64,000 nt of DNA from NCBI GenBank assembly GCA_905182785.1, contig CAJJDF010000015.1:3555-67554 (forward strand), written 5' to 3'. Source of the DNA: an uncultured Flavobacteriales bacterium (GTDB lineage: Bacteria; Bacteroidota; Bacteroidia; Flavobacteriales_D; CAJJDF01). The notes beneath the pieces were generated by a model. The model made no database searches. It worked only from the letters and a program-made list of their open reading frames with translations, and was not told the DNA's origin. This document shows, piece by piece, positions 63,648-64,000 of the stretch (position 1 is the stretch's first letter; every line of letters starts with the position of its first letter). The translations under genes and the position numbers were made by a program.

Positions 63648-64000
63648 TTAGGTTTTTTCTTCTGAATTTAAATCTTTTCCTTCGAGGTAATTACAAACTG
63701 TTTTTCTAGCCTCTTTCTTTGCGTCTTCTAGCTTGTCGTTTATCAAAATATAATCAAACTCCGAAGCCGATTTCATTTCTATTTCTGCTTTCCCAACCCT
63801 TCTAATTATAGTTTCTGGAGTTTCAGAACCTCTTCCTATCAGCCTGTTTTCTAGTTCCTGAATAGAAGGAGGTTGAACAAAAACAGAAAGTGCTTTGTCG
63901 CCAAATATTGATTTTAATTTTATTCCTCCCATCACATCCACATCAAAAATCACGTGTTTTTTCTCACTCCAAATTCTTTCAATTTCTGACTTTAAGGTTC
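63648..64000 (-). CDS. gmk: guanylate kinase (partial; N-terminus lies beyond the right edge)
   Basis: The track shows only the GTG-initiated tail. The same frame stays open to base 64000 (...TLKSEIERIWSEKKHVIFDVDVMGGIKLK...VFVQPPSIQELENRLIGRGSETPETIIRRV), matching the core and lid of Gmk. Confidence 0.85.
   Translation of the reverse strand, partial: TLKSEIERIWSEKKHVIFDVDVMGGIKLKSIFGDKALSVFVQPPSIQELENRLIGRGSETPETIIRRVGKAEIEMKSASEFDYILINDKLEDAKKEARKTVCNYLEGKDLNSEEKT

Overview
This is a 64-kb low-GC chromosomal segment with Bacteroidota (Flavobacteriia-like) hallmarks. Three proteins end in type IX secretion (T9SS) C-terminal sorting domains, many exported proteins carry lipoprotein-type signal peptides, TAnnTTTG-type -7 boxes occur, and DUF4271-hemD and rnpA-yidD pairs are present. 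I recognised no rRNA, CRISPR array, transposase, integrase or phage gene; there is one tRNA-Leu(TAG). The most interesting content is in the left 18 kb: a tightly packed, co-directional (minus-strand) beta-glucan utilisation cluster. In transcription order it encodes a Nudix/wHTH (NrtR-like) regulator, a Na+/sugar symporter, two plug-less outer-membrane beta-barrels, two beta-sandwich lipoproteins, a GH3 beta-glucosidase, two non-catalytic T9SS-secreted multi-module proteins, a GH16 laminarinase, a clan GH-A TIM-barrel hydrolase, a BadF/NAGK-type sugar kinase and zwf. It contains no SusC/SusD pair, which is what defines canonical PULs. A 25-bp palindrome, ACTTATTGT-N7-ACAATAAGT, recurs upstream of zwf, upstream of the transporter, upstream of the T9SS binder genes and in the regulator/gap divergent region, which suggests a single regulon. 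The other 46 kb is mostly housekeeping: gap, cobB, recJ, paaZ, gdhA, hemD, rnpA, yidD, an S41 peptidase, gcvP, purT, an acyl-CoA dehydrogenase, hflX, clpP, tig, purD, purQ, nadD and gmk. Oddities in that part include an iodotyrosine-deiodinase-like nitroreductase and a stand-alone paaZ bracketed by ~85-107-nt inverted repeats. There is also a ~100-112-nt structured intergenic repeat in two copies with compensatory stem substitutions. A translationally coupled array of signal-peptide + TonB-C-domain genes includes one frameshifted member. A 1018-aa TPR protein is start/stop-coupled to another beta-barrel. All family assignments come from motif reading and recollection; no database search was run.
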